From IMG/VR virus record IMGVR_UViG_3300023179_004149, positions 186,001 to 250,000 of that record: a DNA stretch of 64,000 bases; one strand, 5' to 3'. A program made the translations under genes and the position numbers. A model generated the notes under the pieces. It was not told where the DNA came from, ran no database searches, and worked only from the letters and a program-made list of their open reading frames with translations. Below, one piece after another: positions 37,518-46,373 of this stretch (its first letter is position 1; the number at the start of each line of letters is the position of its first letter).

Positions 37518-38409
37518 CGAACAACTGAATAAAATGAAATCAATGATGGGATTACAAACCATCAACGAATACGTCACACAACATGATGTATATCTTCGTG
37601 ACTATTTTAATATGACCGAAGAGCAAAAGAAAAACTCTTTGCCCTTTATGTACCCATGGTTGTTCAGCGATTTTCTTGAAGAAAAAGATATCGAATTTAA
37701 AAGACCAACAAAAGCTTATTTTGATGCTTACGGTGAAGAACAACCTGGTGATGAATATGAGGATTATGAAATCGTTGATATCTTACAACACAAAGATAAA
37801 CCAGTGTTCGACGCTTTCGCCGATTATCTTTTTGATAAAGTGGAACGCAATGAACTTTCGGTTGACGATACAGAATATCCAGCCTGGTCATATATAACAC
37901 ACCCAAAATTGATAACAAACCAATGGTTAATACACTTCACCGAAGAACCATGGAAAATAGCTCGTGAAGGATTCACACGTGGTGTATCTGAATTAGACAA
38001 GTTGCACCTAACAACAAGACTCGGCGAATTCGATAAAAAATACGGCGGCTATAACTTCGCATTTAGAGCCGATATATATAAAAGATACGCAAGAAGAGGT
38101 TATATGCACGGAGGCGGATATAAATACGGAAACGAAGCAGTTATGTTCATTGGATCTGGTATAGAAGTCATACACCACGGCGATGAAGAACCACAAGTAA
38201 TCTTCTGGGGTAAAAAAGCAAGAAATATCGTGCCGATAACACAGGAATACGGCGACGACTATGCGGTACACAATATTAAAAAAGGCGGTATTGTTTACAA
38301 AAGCCAAGACCTGGACGACGTGGTTTCTTGGGTTATGAGAAACTATGATAGATATAAAAATGTGATTCAATACGAACCCACAAGAACAAAAGAACCTGAC
38401 AAATATTAA
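37507..38409 (+). CDS. Leader-tagged protein, possible ART fold
   Basis: MKLNEQLNKMKSMMGL..INE, WLIHFT...EGF...GYNFAF...EEPQVIF. Confidence 0.6.
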   Translation: MKLNEQLNKMKSMMGLQTINEYVTQHDVYLRDYFNMTEEQKKNSLPFMYPWLFSDFLEEKDIEFKRPTKAYFDAYGEEQPGDEYEDYEIVDILQHKDKPVFDAFADYLFDKVERNELSVDDTEYPAWSYITHPKLITNQWLIHFTEEPWKIAREGFTRGVSELDKLHLTTRLGEFDKKYGGYNFAFRADIYKRYARRGYMHGGGYKYGNEAVMFIGSGIEVIHHGDEEPQVIFWGKKARNIVPITQEYGDDYAVHNIKKGGIVYKSQDLDDVVSWVMRNYDRYKNVIQYEPTRTKEPDKY

Positions 38410-38410
38410 T

Positions 38411-38995
38411 ATGAACCTTAACGAACAAATCTCCAGGATAAAAGAAATGATGGACATAAACGAAGCACTTCAACCCATCACCGTTTATCACGGATCCAAT
38501 ACCAAAATCACAAACTTCGTGGATGACTTTGTGGGCGGAGAACAAGCCAACGACCTGGAAGGGCCTGGCATATACTTCACAACAATAGCGGAAAATGCCG
38601 AATATTTTGGAACATACGTACATGAAGTAACAATAACACCAAGAAAACTACTAACCGAAAGCCCAAATGGGGGCACCACCATCGAATTAACAAAATTAGC
38701 CAAAATGGCACCCGATTGGGAAAGCACAGCTCAAAATTGGGACGAAAACCCACAGATAGGTTTAAATAAAGCTATCAGAGACTTTATTTCATATAACCAC
38801 AACCAAAAAGATAGGTTCCTACAGGTATGGATAGACTTCTATAAAAATGACCCAGTGGATTATGTTAGAAACTGTGTTAAACTCGGATATGATGGTATCG
38901 TTGTTAATAGAGATGTTATAGACGGAAAACGACTTAAACACTATATCATATATAACCCAAGCATAATACAAATAAAAAAAGTAACCCAGGTATAA
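38411..38995 (+). CDS. Leader-tagged ADP-ribosyltransferase-fold protein (ART-PolyVal-like)
   Basis: MNLNEQISRIKEMMDINE, VYHGS...GPGIYFTT..ENAEYF...GYDGIVV...YIIYNP..IQI. Confidence 0.8.
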   Translation: MNLNEQISRIKEMMDINEALQPITVYHGSNTKITNFVDDFVGGEQANDLEGPGIYFTTIAENAEYFGTYVHEVTITPRKLLTESPNGGTTIELTKLAKMAPDWESTAQNWDENPQIGLNKAIRDFISYNHNQKDRFLQVWIDFYKNDPVDYVRNCVKLGYDGIVVNRDVIDGKRLKHYIIYNPSIIQIKKVTQV

Positions 38996-39004
38996 CCCTG
39001 GGTT
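38983..39004. terminator. Bidirectional terminator
   Basis: aacccagg-tataa-cctgggtt between convergent genes. Confidence 0.75.
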
Positions 39005-39016
39005 TTATTTTTAATT

Positions 39017-41602
39017 TTACTCTAATGCGTTTAATACTTTTTCCTTTATTGTTTGAACACGATTATGATTCGATTTCGCCATCTTTTCAACAATCAAAGC
39101 CCTCAACCGATCAGCCACCTTAGGGTCCTTCAATCTATATACCTTTAATAACGAATCGTACTTACCCAATAAAGATTGATCCTCATCCGATATACCAATC
39201 AAATTATAAAACACATACCCATTAACCAATTGTAAAACCCTATCCTTACCAATTTGATCCTTTAGTTTGATGAACCGTTGAACAATCTCATCATCTGATT
39301 CCTTCTTAACATTTAATTCTTTATATAATGGTTCCAATTCAGCGCCAACCAAATCAAAATACATCTCCCTCAACTCAGCTGGAAACTTATTAACAACAAA
39401 CGGCGATATGGTCTTAACTATCGTATCGGTTAACACATGGACAATATGTTTGATAACATCAAACCCCTTGTTTTTGTTAAATAAACCAAATAACACATCG
39501 TATCGACCATGATTTATCAATTCCCTGACATAAATGTCTGTGTTCATGTTATTAATCGTTCTACCATGATACAAGACACCAAAGGCATCCTCAACAAGAA
39601 CATCCAAAGATTGTGACCAATATGATTCCATCCCCTTCAACACACCCCTTTCATTACGATACTTTAACTCATACTCCGTTAACCACCCAATCACAAAATT
39701 CTTAAACTTCTGATTGAACACCCCATAATAAGGCCCAGTAAAATGACAATAAATACCAGAGGCAAATCTACCAAGAGGATCCTTAATATTCCAATCACCC
39801 TCCTTTATTAAATAAAAAACAAAACTATTATCCCTTATCATATTGCCAACACCCGCACCATAACCTTCACCACCATCATCAATAGTTGATTTGATCATCG
39901 TTTGCTTTATATCCTTAATACCAGAAAGATTCTCACATGTGCTAAAATGATCACTATCTCCCATATTTGCAATATCATGCGAATGCCTGGATATAACAGC
40001 ATACATCTTACCTTCACCACCAGCCCTGGTCATCGAATCCAAATAACTCGTGTATCTTTTCAATAAACCAACATCATACTTTTGCAATAACTTGGTTAAT
40101 TTAACCTCCTGGTTACTCTTCTCATCCTTCACCTTGTTACCGTCAAAATCAACCAACACAAAACCATTATCGGCAATAACACGATCAATATCATGCCTTA
40201 ACTTATCACTAATATTAACATCCAAATTTAAAGTCGGTGTTTTCCTGGTCGGCGTAATCATCTTCCCAGTATCGAGATCATAATATAAACGATATACATT
40301 CTTACCAAATAAATTATCCATATTAGCATCAAAACGCTTTTGATAGGCCCTGGCTTGCTTGGATAAATTCAACTCAATGGCCTCACCCAACCACATCACC
40401 CCCCTCATGCGGGAAACCTCTTCATTTAATTTATTTAACGTCTCTTCTGCAAATTCTAATGACTCTTTCTCATTATCATCAAGCTCTCTATTAATACCAC
40501 TTATAACTTTTCGTATTATATCCTCTTCCCACCTAAACGCATACAACACATACGATAACAAACTCTCACCACGCCTAATAATTCTCTTATCATATATTAT
40601 TTTCATTAAGTTATAATTAATTATCATCTTAATGTTTTTATCCGTTATGTTATTGGCCATATCAGGGTCTTCAATTAATTTGGTATGTAATGATTGCAAA
40701 TAAACTTTCTTTAACTCATCTCGCAACCCATCAAAATCAAAAAACCAATTATAATACCTCTTAACCAAAACCTTGCTACGTTCCAAAGGCATCGAGTTTA
40801 ACTCATCCATCTGTTTCTTATCATAAATTACATCATTTGATAATAACCTGTTTTCTAATGAGTCGTGTGTTCCAATAACACCTTTCTTATTTATATTAAT
40901 AAATAAGGTGTTTATATCAACAGACTTCATATCACCATCAATCTTATTAAGATCATAGATAACCGAACCATGTAACGTATTATCCCAATCCCAAACACCT
41001 GAAACATTAACACCATTATAGCCATTCCACTCCATAATCCTGGTGGAAAATGAAGCCGAACTACTGGCTTGCGTTTTATTATACATCGAATTAAAATCAC
41101 TCGCGGCTTGTTTTAACATATTGATAAACTCACGATACTTTGGAACCTTTAAACCCAAATAACTTAAATTATTAACAACAACCAAATACCGCTTGCTTAT
41201 ATCGCCATGCCCATATAAAAAACTATAAAATATATCATTCAACTCCTTCAATGTGTTAAATAACCACTTACCTTGTTCATTGCTCTTTACTCGATATAAA
41301 TTTTTATAGAAATCCATATTAACCCTATAAACACTATCACCAACCTGAATCAACCCAGACATATCCTTAAAAGCAGATCCATATTTTTTATCATAATCAG
41401 CTTTATCCCTTAACTTATAAGTTGAAAAATACATACCCGAACCAAAGTGACCCGTGCCCCTACCTTGCATTCTCCATATGTTATCAGAACCATACGGTTT
41501 TAAATTAGATAAATTAACACTACCCGAATGATAGTTGTAATCGGCCTCAATTAATAAAACCATTTTTTTTATTTGTTGTAACTCAGAAAGTAACTTATCC
41601 AT
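39017..41602 (-). CDS. Fused two-cassette leader-tagged polyprotein, N-module ART-like
   Basis: N-leader LLSELQQIKKMV.LIE, YHSG...GHFGSGMYFST, and a second internal leader LNKLNEEVSRMRGVMWLGE at 40391-40438. Confidence 0.75.
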   Translation of the reverse strand: MDKLLSELQQIKKMVLLIEADYNYHSGSVNLSNLKPYGSDNIWRMQGRGTGHFGSGMYFSTYKLRDKADYDKKYGSAFKDMSGLIQVGDSVYRVNMDFYKNLYRVKSNEQGKWLFNTLKELNDIFYSFLYGHGDISKRYLVVVNNLSYLGLKVPKYREFINMLKQAASDFNSMYNKTQASSSASFSTRIMEWNGYNGVNVSGVWDWDNTLHGSVIYDLNKIDGDMKSVDINTLFININKKGVIGTHDSLENRLLSNDVIYDKKQMDELNSMPLERSKVLVKRYYNWFFDFDGLRDELKKVYLQSLHTKLIEDPDMANNITDKNIKMIINYNLMKIIYDKRIIRRGESLLSYVLYAFRWEEDIIRKVISGINRELDDNEKESLEFAEETLNKLNEEVSRMRGVMWLGEAIELNLSKQARAYQKRFDANMDNLFGKNVYRLYYDLDTGKMITPTRKTPTLNLDVNISDKLRHDIDRVIADNGFVLVDFDGNKVKDEKSNQEVKLTKLLQKYDVGLLKRYTSYLDSMTRAGGEGKMYAVISRHSHDIANMGDSDHFSTCENLSGIKDIKQTMIKSTIDDGGEGYGAGVGNMIRDNSFVFYLIKEGDWNIKDPLGRFASGIYCHFTGPYYGVFNQKFKNFVIGWLTEYELKYRNERGVLKGMESYWSQSLDVLVEDAFGVLYHGRTINNMNTDIYVRELINHGRYDVLFGLFNKNKGFDVIKHIVHVLTDTIVKTISPFVVNKFPAELREMYFDLVGAELEPLYKELNVKKESDDEIVQRFIKLKDQIGKDRVLQLVNGYVFYNLIGISDEDQSLLGKYDSLLKVYRLKDPKVADRLRALIVEKMAKSNHNRVQTIKEKVLNALE

Positions 41603-41605
41603 ACA

Positions 41606-42850
41606 CTATTTTAATTTATCAAACTCTCTATCATAAGAAGATTTTTCATCCAACGGATTCTTTAGATGATTGGTTACATAATCCTCAAATCGGAAAAAAG
41701 CACCATTAATTTTATTCAAAAGATCTTCTGAAATATCTGGCGTTATTTTTAAAGGTTCATTAACCTCATTCAAACCCATAACCTTTTTTATTTGATTAAG
41801 CCCCTCATCTAACATATCTGAACTAATACCTAAAGTATTTAAATACTTATTAAAATCCATATCATACACTTCATACCATTTAATGTTGTTACTCAAATAT
41901 AAAGAATAACTATCTGGTAAATAGGTCATCAAAAACCTAGCATCATCAATATCCATGTTAAAATCCATTATAACATACACATACCCCAAACCAGCATAAT
42001 CTTCCCAATAATTCTCACTACCAACTTGTGCAAAACACCAATTACTATAACAACCCAATTGCTGCATAGCCTCATAATCATTAACCTTGATTACCAGAAC
42101 ATCGTTTTTATCATATACCAAATCAGCATCAAGATTCGGCAATAAATCCAAAACATGTTTACGACCCGTTTCAGCGCCATCACCAATATAACTCATGGTC
42201 TTACTCAAATGATCAAAACCCGCAACAATATCTTTAAAACTCCTACCACTACGAAATAGTTTAGGCAACATCTCATCGTGTTTTTTCTTAGGTAAAGCCT
42301 GTAATATTTTATTAATAACCCTCAACCCCTCATACACTTTTTTAAAATTATATGAAATAAACTGTTGGTAATTCGGGTCGGCTGTATCAATGTTATATAT
42401 ATATTCTTTAATTGGTTTCATCATATTACGCTTAATAATATCTGATAATTTACCCCAACTTTTAACCAAATAACTCCTTTCCTTTAACATCTCATATAAA
42501 GACATTACATGAAATCTATTATCCTGGGTTTCATATTTGTAGTCGGTTAAATTACCTGGAACAGGAAATAATTGTTTATCATACACTCTTACTAAATCGT
42601 AAAAATCCGCAACAATATCCATATTCCTCTCAGTATATTTACTCTGGTCAGATTCAAACCTATTCATCTGATAATAAAAATCAGTAACCAACTTCGTAAA
42701 ATTATTACCGTTTGTAAGATCAACAATAGCTTCCTTGACACGAGGCTCTAACTTACCCGAATTAAAATAAACTTTATCGGCTAATTGAACATTCTCATTC
42801 AAACCCATCATTACCCTCATACGGAAAACTTGCTCGTTTAATTTATTCAT
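41606..42850 (-). CDS. Leader-tagged hypothetical protein
   Basis: MNKLNEQVFRMRVMMGLNE, LGCYSNWCF module, internal LDEGLNQIKKVMGLNE near the C-terminus. Confidence 0.75.
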   Translation of the reverse strand: MNKLNEQVFRMRVMMGLNENVQLADKVYFNSGKLEPRVKEAIVDLTNGNNFTKLVTDFYYQMNRFESDQSKYTERNMDIVADFYDLVRVYDKQLFPVPGNLTDYKYETQDNRFHVMSLYEMLKERSYLVKSWGKLSDIIKRNMMKPIKEYIYNIDTADPNYQQFISYNFKKVYEGLRVINKILQALPKKKHDEMLPKLFRSGRSFKDIVAGFDHLSKTMSYIGDGAETGRKHVLDLLPNLDADLVYDKNDVLVIKVNDYEAMQQLGCYSNWCFAQVGSENYWEDYAGLGYVYVIMDFNMDIDDARFLMTYLPDSYSLYLSNNIKWYEVYDMDFNKYLNTLGISSDMLDEGLNQIKKVMGLNEVNEPLKITPDISEDLLNKINGAFFRFEDYVTNHLKNPLDEKSSYDREFDKLK

Positions 42851-43453
42851 TTATACTCCACTAAAACTTAATTGGTTATTATCATTTATATATAAATCAA
42901 CTGACCCCATATCACGTGATGCTTTCATTAATATATTCTCGTCCTCATCATCATAACCCCTATCAAAAAAACCAGCACCGTGACCATTACGTGTCAACCA
43001 AAAGTCATGACCAAGTTGTTCAGCACCAAACTCATTAATCGCCCTATGAATTAAATCCTCACCACATAACTGAATGAATTTCTTAATACCTATATAAGCA
43101 TCAATTAACGAATCTGACTCAATATCTTCACGACTGAATGATACAATACCCTTATTATTCAACTGCGATGTTAATCTAATTAATTTATCCAATTCGGTAT
43201 CATCCTCATCCTCATCATCGTCGTCATAAACACTATCATCACCTTGTTCATCTCTCAAAGATTCCTCCTCAGTCCATAATGCCGCTTCAATATACCCCAT
43301 CAATATCTTATTTATAATATCGGTAGATATATCAGATTCGTCTAATACACTACCATCATCCTGAATATCCTTGGCAAATTGATACCTACCCGAATTTTCA
43401 GATATACCCATTATCGCCCTCATGCGGGACACTTGTTCATTTAATTTATTCAT
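42851..43453 (-). CDS. Leader-tagged hypothetical protein (GHDFWLTRNGHGAGF motif)
   Basis: Start reassigned to MNKLNEQVSRMRAIMGISE at 43453. Confidence 0.75.
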   Translation of the reverse strand: MNKLNEQVSRMRAIMGISENSGRYQFAKDIQDDGSVLDESDISTDIINKILMGYIEAALWTEEESLRDEQGDDSVYDDDDEDEDDTELDKLIRLTSQLNNKGIVSFSREDIESDSLIDAYIGIKKFIQLCGEDLIHRAINEFGAEQLGHDFWLTRNGHGAGFFDRGYDDEDENILMKASRDMGSVDLYINDNNQLSFSGV

Positions 43454-43466
43454 AACGATATCAATT

Positions 43467-44081
43467 TTATTTTGTTTCATAATTATCTGGTACCAGGTTA
43501 CTAAGATGCTCCACAAACGTATCAAACTCGAAAAATTTGGGATTGTATTTATATGGTACCTCTTTACCATCTGGACGTAAAACAACAACTTTATAATCAC
43601 TAAATTTACTATGAGTATCTCTAAATCCAGATATAATATCCACAATATAGGAATAATGATTCGTATCAGTTAATATAATTCTGAATTTGATCCTATCTGG
43701 TGTATTCTCGAATATATTAACCTTCACCACAACAGCTTTAACGTCACCAATATTTATTGTTTTACCCACATATGAATTAATTAGATCCTCTGAAAATATA
43801 CCAGATACATACCAGTGCTTATTCCCTGATTTATCAAGAATTGGTTTAAAATCACCAAACTCCAAATCTATAGGTTCACCAGAAACATCAACATCCGCAA
43901 CATCCGATTTTTTAAAATTACCAAATCTGCCAACTTTATCATCTGGCTTTAACTTCTTCCTGGTAGTGTCAAGATTCTTGGTCTTATTCCAATACCAATC
44001 AGAATCATCCCAAGATTCACTTAACCCCATCATCCGCCTGATGTTTTGAATCTCCTCATTTAATGTTTGTTTCTGTTTCAT
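43467..44081 (-). CDS. Leader-tagged hypothetical protein
   Basis: MKQKQTLNEEIQNIRRMMGLSE. Confidence 0.75.
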   Translation of the reverse strand: MKQKQTLNEEIQNIRRMMGLSESWDDSDWYWNKTKNLDTTRKKLKPDDKVGRFGNFKKSDVADVDVSGEPIDLEFGDFKPILDKSGNKHWYVSGIFSEDLINSYVGKTINIGDVKAVVVKVNIFENTPDRIKFRIILTDTNHYSYIVDIISGFRDTHSKFSDYKVVVLRPDGKEVPYKYNPKFFEFDTFVEHLSNLVPDNYETK

Positions 44082-44082
44082 A

Positions 44083-44190
44083 TTACTTTAATTCACTTAT
44101 GATTCTTTGATTTTCCCAGATACGTTTCAAATTCTTTAATACGTTCTTTCTAATCTTATTCTTTTTTTGCTTGGGTTTTGCTTTTGCCAT
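44083..44190 (-). CDS. Small basic peptide (35 aa)
   Basis: MAKAKPKQKKNKIRKNVLKNLKRIWENQRIISELK, TATTTATG upstream, stop 1 nt before the next ATG. Confidence 0.55.
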   Translation of the reverse strand: MAKAKPKQKKNKIRKNVLKNLKRIWENQRIISELK

Positions 44191-44235
44191 AATATAACTT
44201 TTACTACTCATAAATATAAAAAAATCCACAATAAA

Positions 44236-44267
44236 TTTGCCTATGCACCAAAATATTCGTATATTTG
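44236..44267 (+). promoter_or_regulatory. Bacteroidota-type promoter
   Basis: TTTG-N20-TATATTTG, ATG at 44275. Confidence 0.75.
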
Positions 44268-44274
44268 CTCCGTT

Positions 44275-45627
44275 ATGGCACGGTACATCGAAATAGAAAG
44301 AAAAGAAGCGGAAAAAGAAAAGGCTTACCAAGAAGCCCTGGATCGCCACGCACTGGAACGTAAAGTAAACAGAGCTAAAACAGCACAACTAGTTGAATGG
44401 ATCTGCTCAAACAAACTCAAACCAACCAACTACCTCTATACTTCCAATAACTTCGATCTTTGGAGCACCATGGAAGTAACCGCCACATTATGCCGCAAAT
44501 CCGATAAATTCAAAAAAATCGCAACTCATATAGCAGAATGGGCCCCTAACTTCTATGAAAATAGGGATAACATACTAGCCCTCAGAGGTATCTCAGAAGT
44601 TTATTCAGAAAGACTCAGAAACATAGAAGATTGGGAACCAAAAAAACTTAATCACAAATCTATACTCATCGAAATCCTAAACCACCTATTCACCAATTAC
44701 CAATCACCCCAATTCCTCATTAACGGATTTATCAACAATAACCATGAGTCAATGCTGCTCTTTATACACCTGGGACAAGGTAAGTCCATGAAAACATGGC
44801 CATTTATCCCAGAATTTAATATACCCAAAAAAGCACTACACCACCTCTACACCACACCAAACTATTGCACATATAACGAAGCTTTCAGAAGAGCACAAAT
44901 TATTCACCTCGGCGGAGATGATAAACTCTTCCGACTCCTTATGTCAACAAAACTCGAACACCACACCAATAATATTAATAAACACAGAGCCAAAGACGAA
45001 CCATTCTGGGAATCGGTTATCAAATTCTTTATCGAACACCAAATGATGAACCCAGATAAAGTAGGTGAAATTATCGACTATATCTACGACCAAAAATTTG
45101 CCCTTAAAAGAAAACCAGGACCTAACGGTACAACGGTGAACGAACCAGATCAACCCAACTTTACCATGAAAGGTAGAACACCAATGTCACTGATCCAACA
45201 GTCAGATGATTGGCACTACTTTGTCGCCATGAATAAAAAACGTGAGGAAGACCCTAAAGAATGGGAACCAATCGATCTACCTGATTGGGAATGGAAAGAA
45301 GGTGAAGAAAATAACTTCGCTAAAATGAGATACAACATCACCCAGCTCACAAAAACCAAAGAACTTATCGCAGAAGGTAATAAAATGCACCACTGTGTCG
45401 CCACTTATGCCAGCTCATGTATTAAGAAATGGTGCTCCATCTTCTCGTTCCGTGTAACCAACCACACCCAGGGCAAATTCGATGAACCAGAAGTAACCCT
45501 GGAAATCAGATCTAAAACCATAGTACAGGCCAGAGGTAAATACAACAGAACACCTCACCCACACTATATGCAAATGATCAAATCATGGGCCGATATTAAC
45601 GGAGTGAAATTCTCAAATTATATGTAA
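44275..45627 (+). CDS. PcfJ-like domain protein
   Basis: C-terminal L..EG.KMHHCVATY...IFSFR...TLEI....IVQARGKYN pattern. Family name recalled from memory. Confidence 0.8.
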   Translation: MARYIEIERKEAEKEKAYQEALDRHALERKVNRAKTAQLVEWICSNKLKPTNYLYTSNNFDLWSTMEVTATLCRKSDKFKKIATHIAEWAPNFYENRDNILALRGISEVYSERLRNIEDWEPKKLNHKSILIEILNHLFTNYQSPQFLINGFINNNHESMLLFIHLGQGKSMKTWPFIPEFNIPKKALHHLYTTPNYCTYNEAFRRAQIIHLGGDDKLFRLLMSTKLEHHTNNINKHRAKDEPFWESVIKFFIEHQMMNPDKVGEIIDYIYDQKFALKRKPGPNGTTVNEPDQPNFTMKGRTPMSLIQQSDDWHYFVAMNKKREEDPKEWEPIDLPDWEWKEGEENNFAKMRYNITQLTKTKELIAEGNKMHHCVATYASSCIKKWCSIFSFRVTNHTQGKFDEPEVTLEIRSKTIVQARGKYNRTPHPHYMQMIKSWADINGVKFSNYM

Positions 45628-45653
45628 AAATGAACCTATTTATAATAAAAAAT

Positions 45654-46187
45654 ATGGTACTTACAGAACAAATAAATAGGATTAAAGAAATGATGGGATT
45701 AGATCCCAAAAAACGATTTGAGTATAAACCCATCACATATGAAGAATTTGATGACGCACTATCAGATATCTCCACATTAAACCTGGAAGACGATCAACTG
45801 GGTATACCTGAATTTAATCAGAATACCGATAATTTTTTATTACGAATCGATGACATCGACCTCTATATAAAAAATAGACAACAGTTACCAGAAAGTGGCC
45901 CCTATGAATTATTAATTGATAATAACGATGGCGATACCATAGGTTTCATTCGCGGAACCAAATTTAATAACATCCTTTCATTTAATCTCGTATATATTGC
46001 ACCAGAAGAAAGAGGTAATGGCATCGGTACCAGTATCTACCAATACTTTTTGAACCACGGTTATATAATGAAGACCGATAAGGAAATTAGTGATTCCACT
46101 CATTCCATATATACTAACCTCGCAAAATCTGAATATACGCCCATTATGTTCGCCGATCATAGAGTGGGACTGATTAAATCATCATAA
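45654..46187 (+). CDS. Leader-tagged GNAT-like acetyltransferase
   Basis: MVLTEQINRIKEMMGL, LVYIAPEERGNGIGTSIY (motif A), TATTTATA upstream. Confidence 0.8.
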   Translation: MVLTEQINRIKEMMGLDPKKRFEYKPITYEEFDDALSDISTLNLEDDQLGIPEFNQNTDNFLLRIDDIDLYIKNRQQLPESGPYELLIDNNDGDTIGFIRGTKFNNILSFNLVYIAPEERGNGIGTSIYQYFLNHGYIMKTDKEISDSTHSIYTNLAKSEYTPIMFADHRVGLIKSS

Positions 46188-46199
46188 ATTTTCCCAGAA

Positions 46200-46360
46200 A
46201 TTTTTTTGAAAAACCAAACCCAAATAAAACAAAGGTCGATTTTCTGAAAAAAACCAACCCCAAAATTTTTTTTTGAAAATAATTCACATAGATATTTGAC
46301 CCCCTTATACGCCCTCCGCCCCTCCCCTATGGGAGGGGGATACGGGGGAGGGGAGGGGTA
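46200..46360. other. Candidate replication origin or packaging element
   Basis: Two A/C-tract direct repeats, then a C-tract block and a G-tract block with the hairpin CCCCTCCC-CTAT-GGGAGGGG, at an apparent strand-skew switch. Confidence 0.4.
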
Positions 46361-46373
46361 TATATTAGTATTT

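Larger units (their letters stand above)
14148..45644. promoter_or_regulatory. Dispersed putative late-promoter motif TATTTAT(A/T), sense strand
   Basis: Copies upstream of starts at 14148, 14921, 26073, 26274, 29628, 29642, 32725, 45637 (+) and 20254, 20905, 21845, 26039, 29593, 32596, 44209 (-), mostly 10-35 nt before ATG. Confidence 0.7.

Noticed and set aside
43454-43645. N-terminal extension of the 42851 ORF in the track
   Set aside because: It overlaps the upstream gene in another frame, and the leader-bearing ATG at 43453 matches its paralogues.
14148-45644. Literal T4 late promoters (TATAAATA on the sense strand)
   Set aside because: Nearly all copies upstream of genes are in the opposite orientation, so this is reported as a distinct motif.
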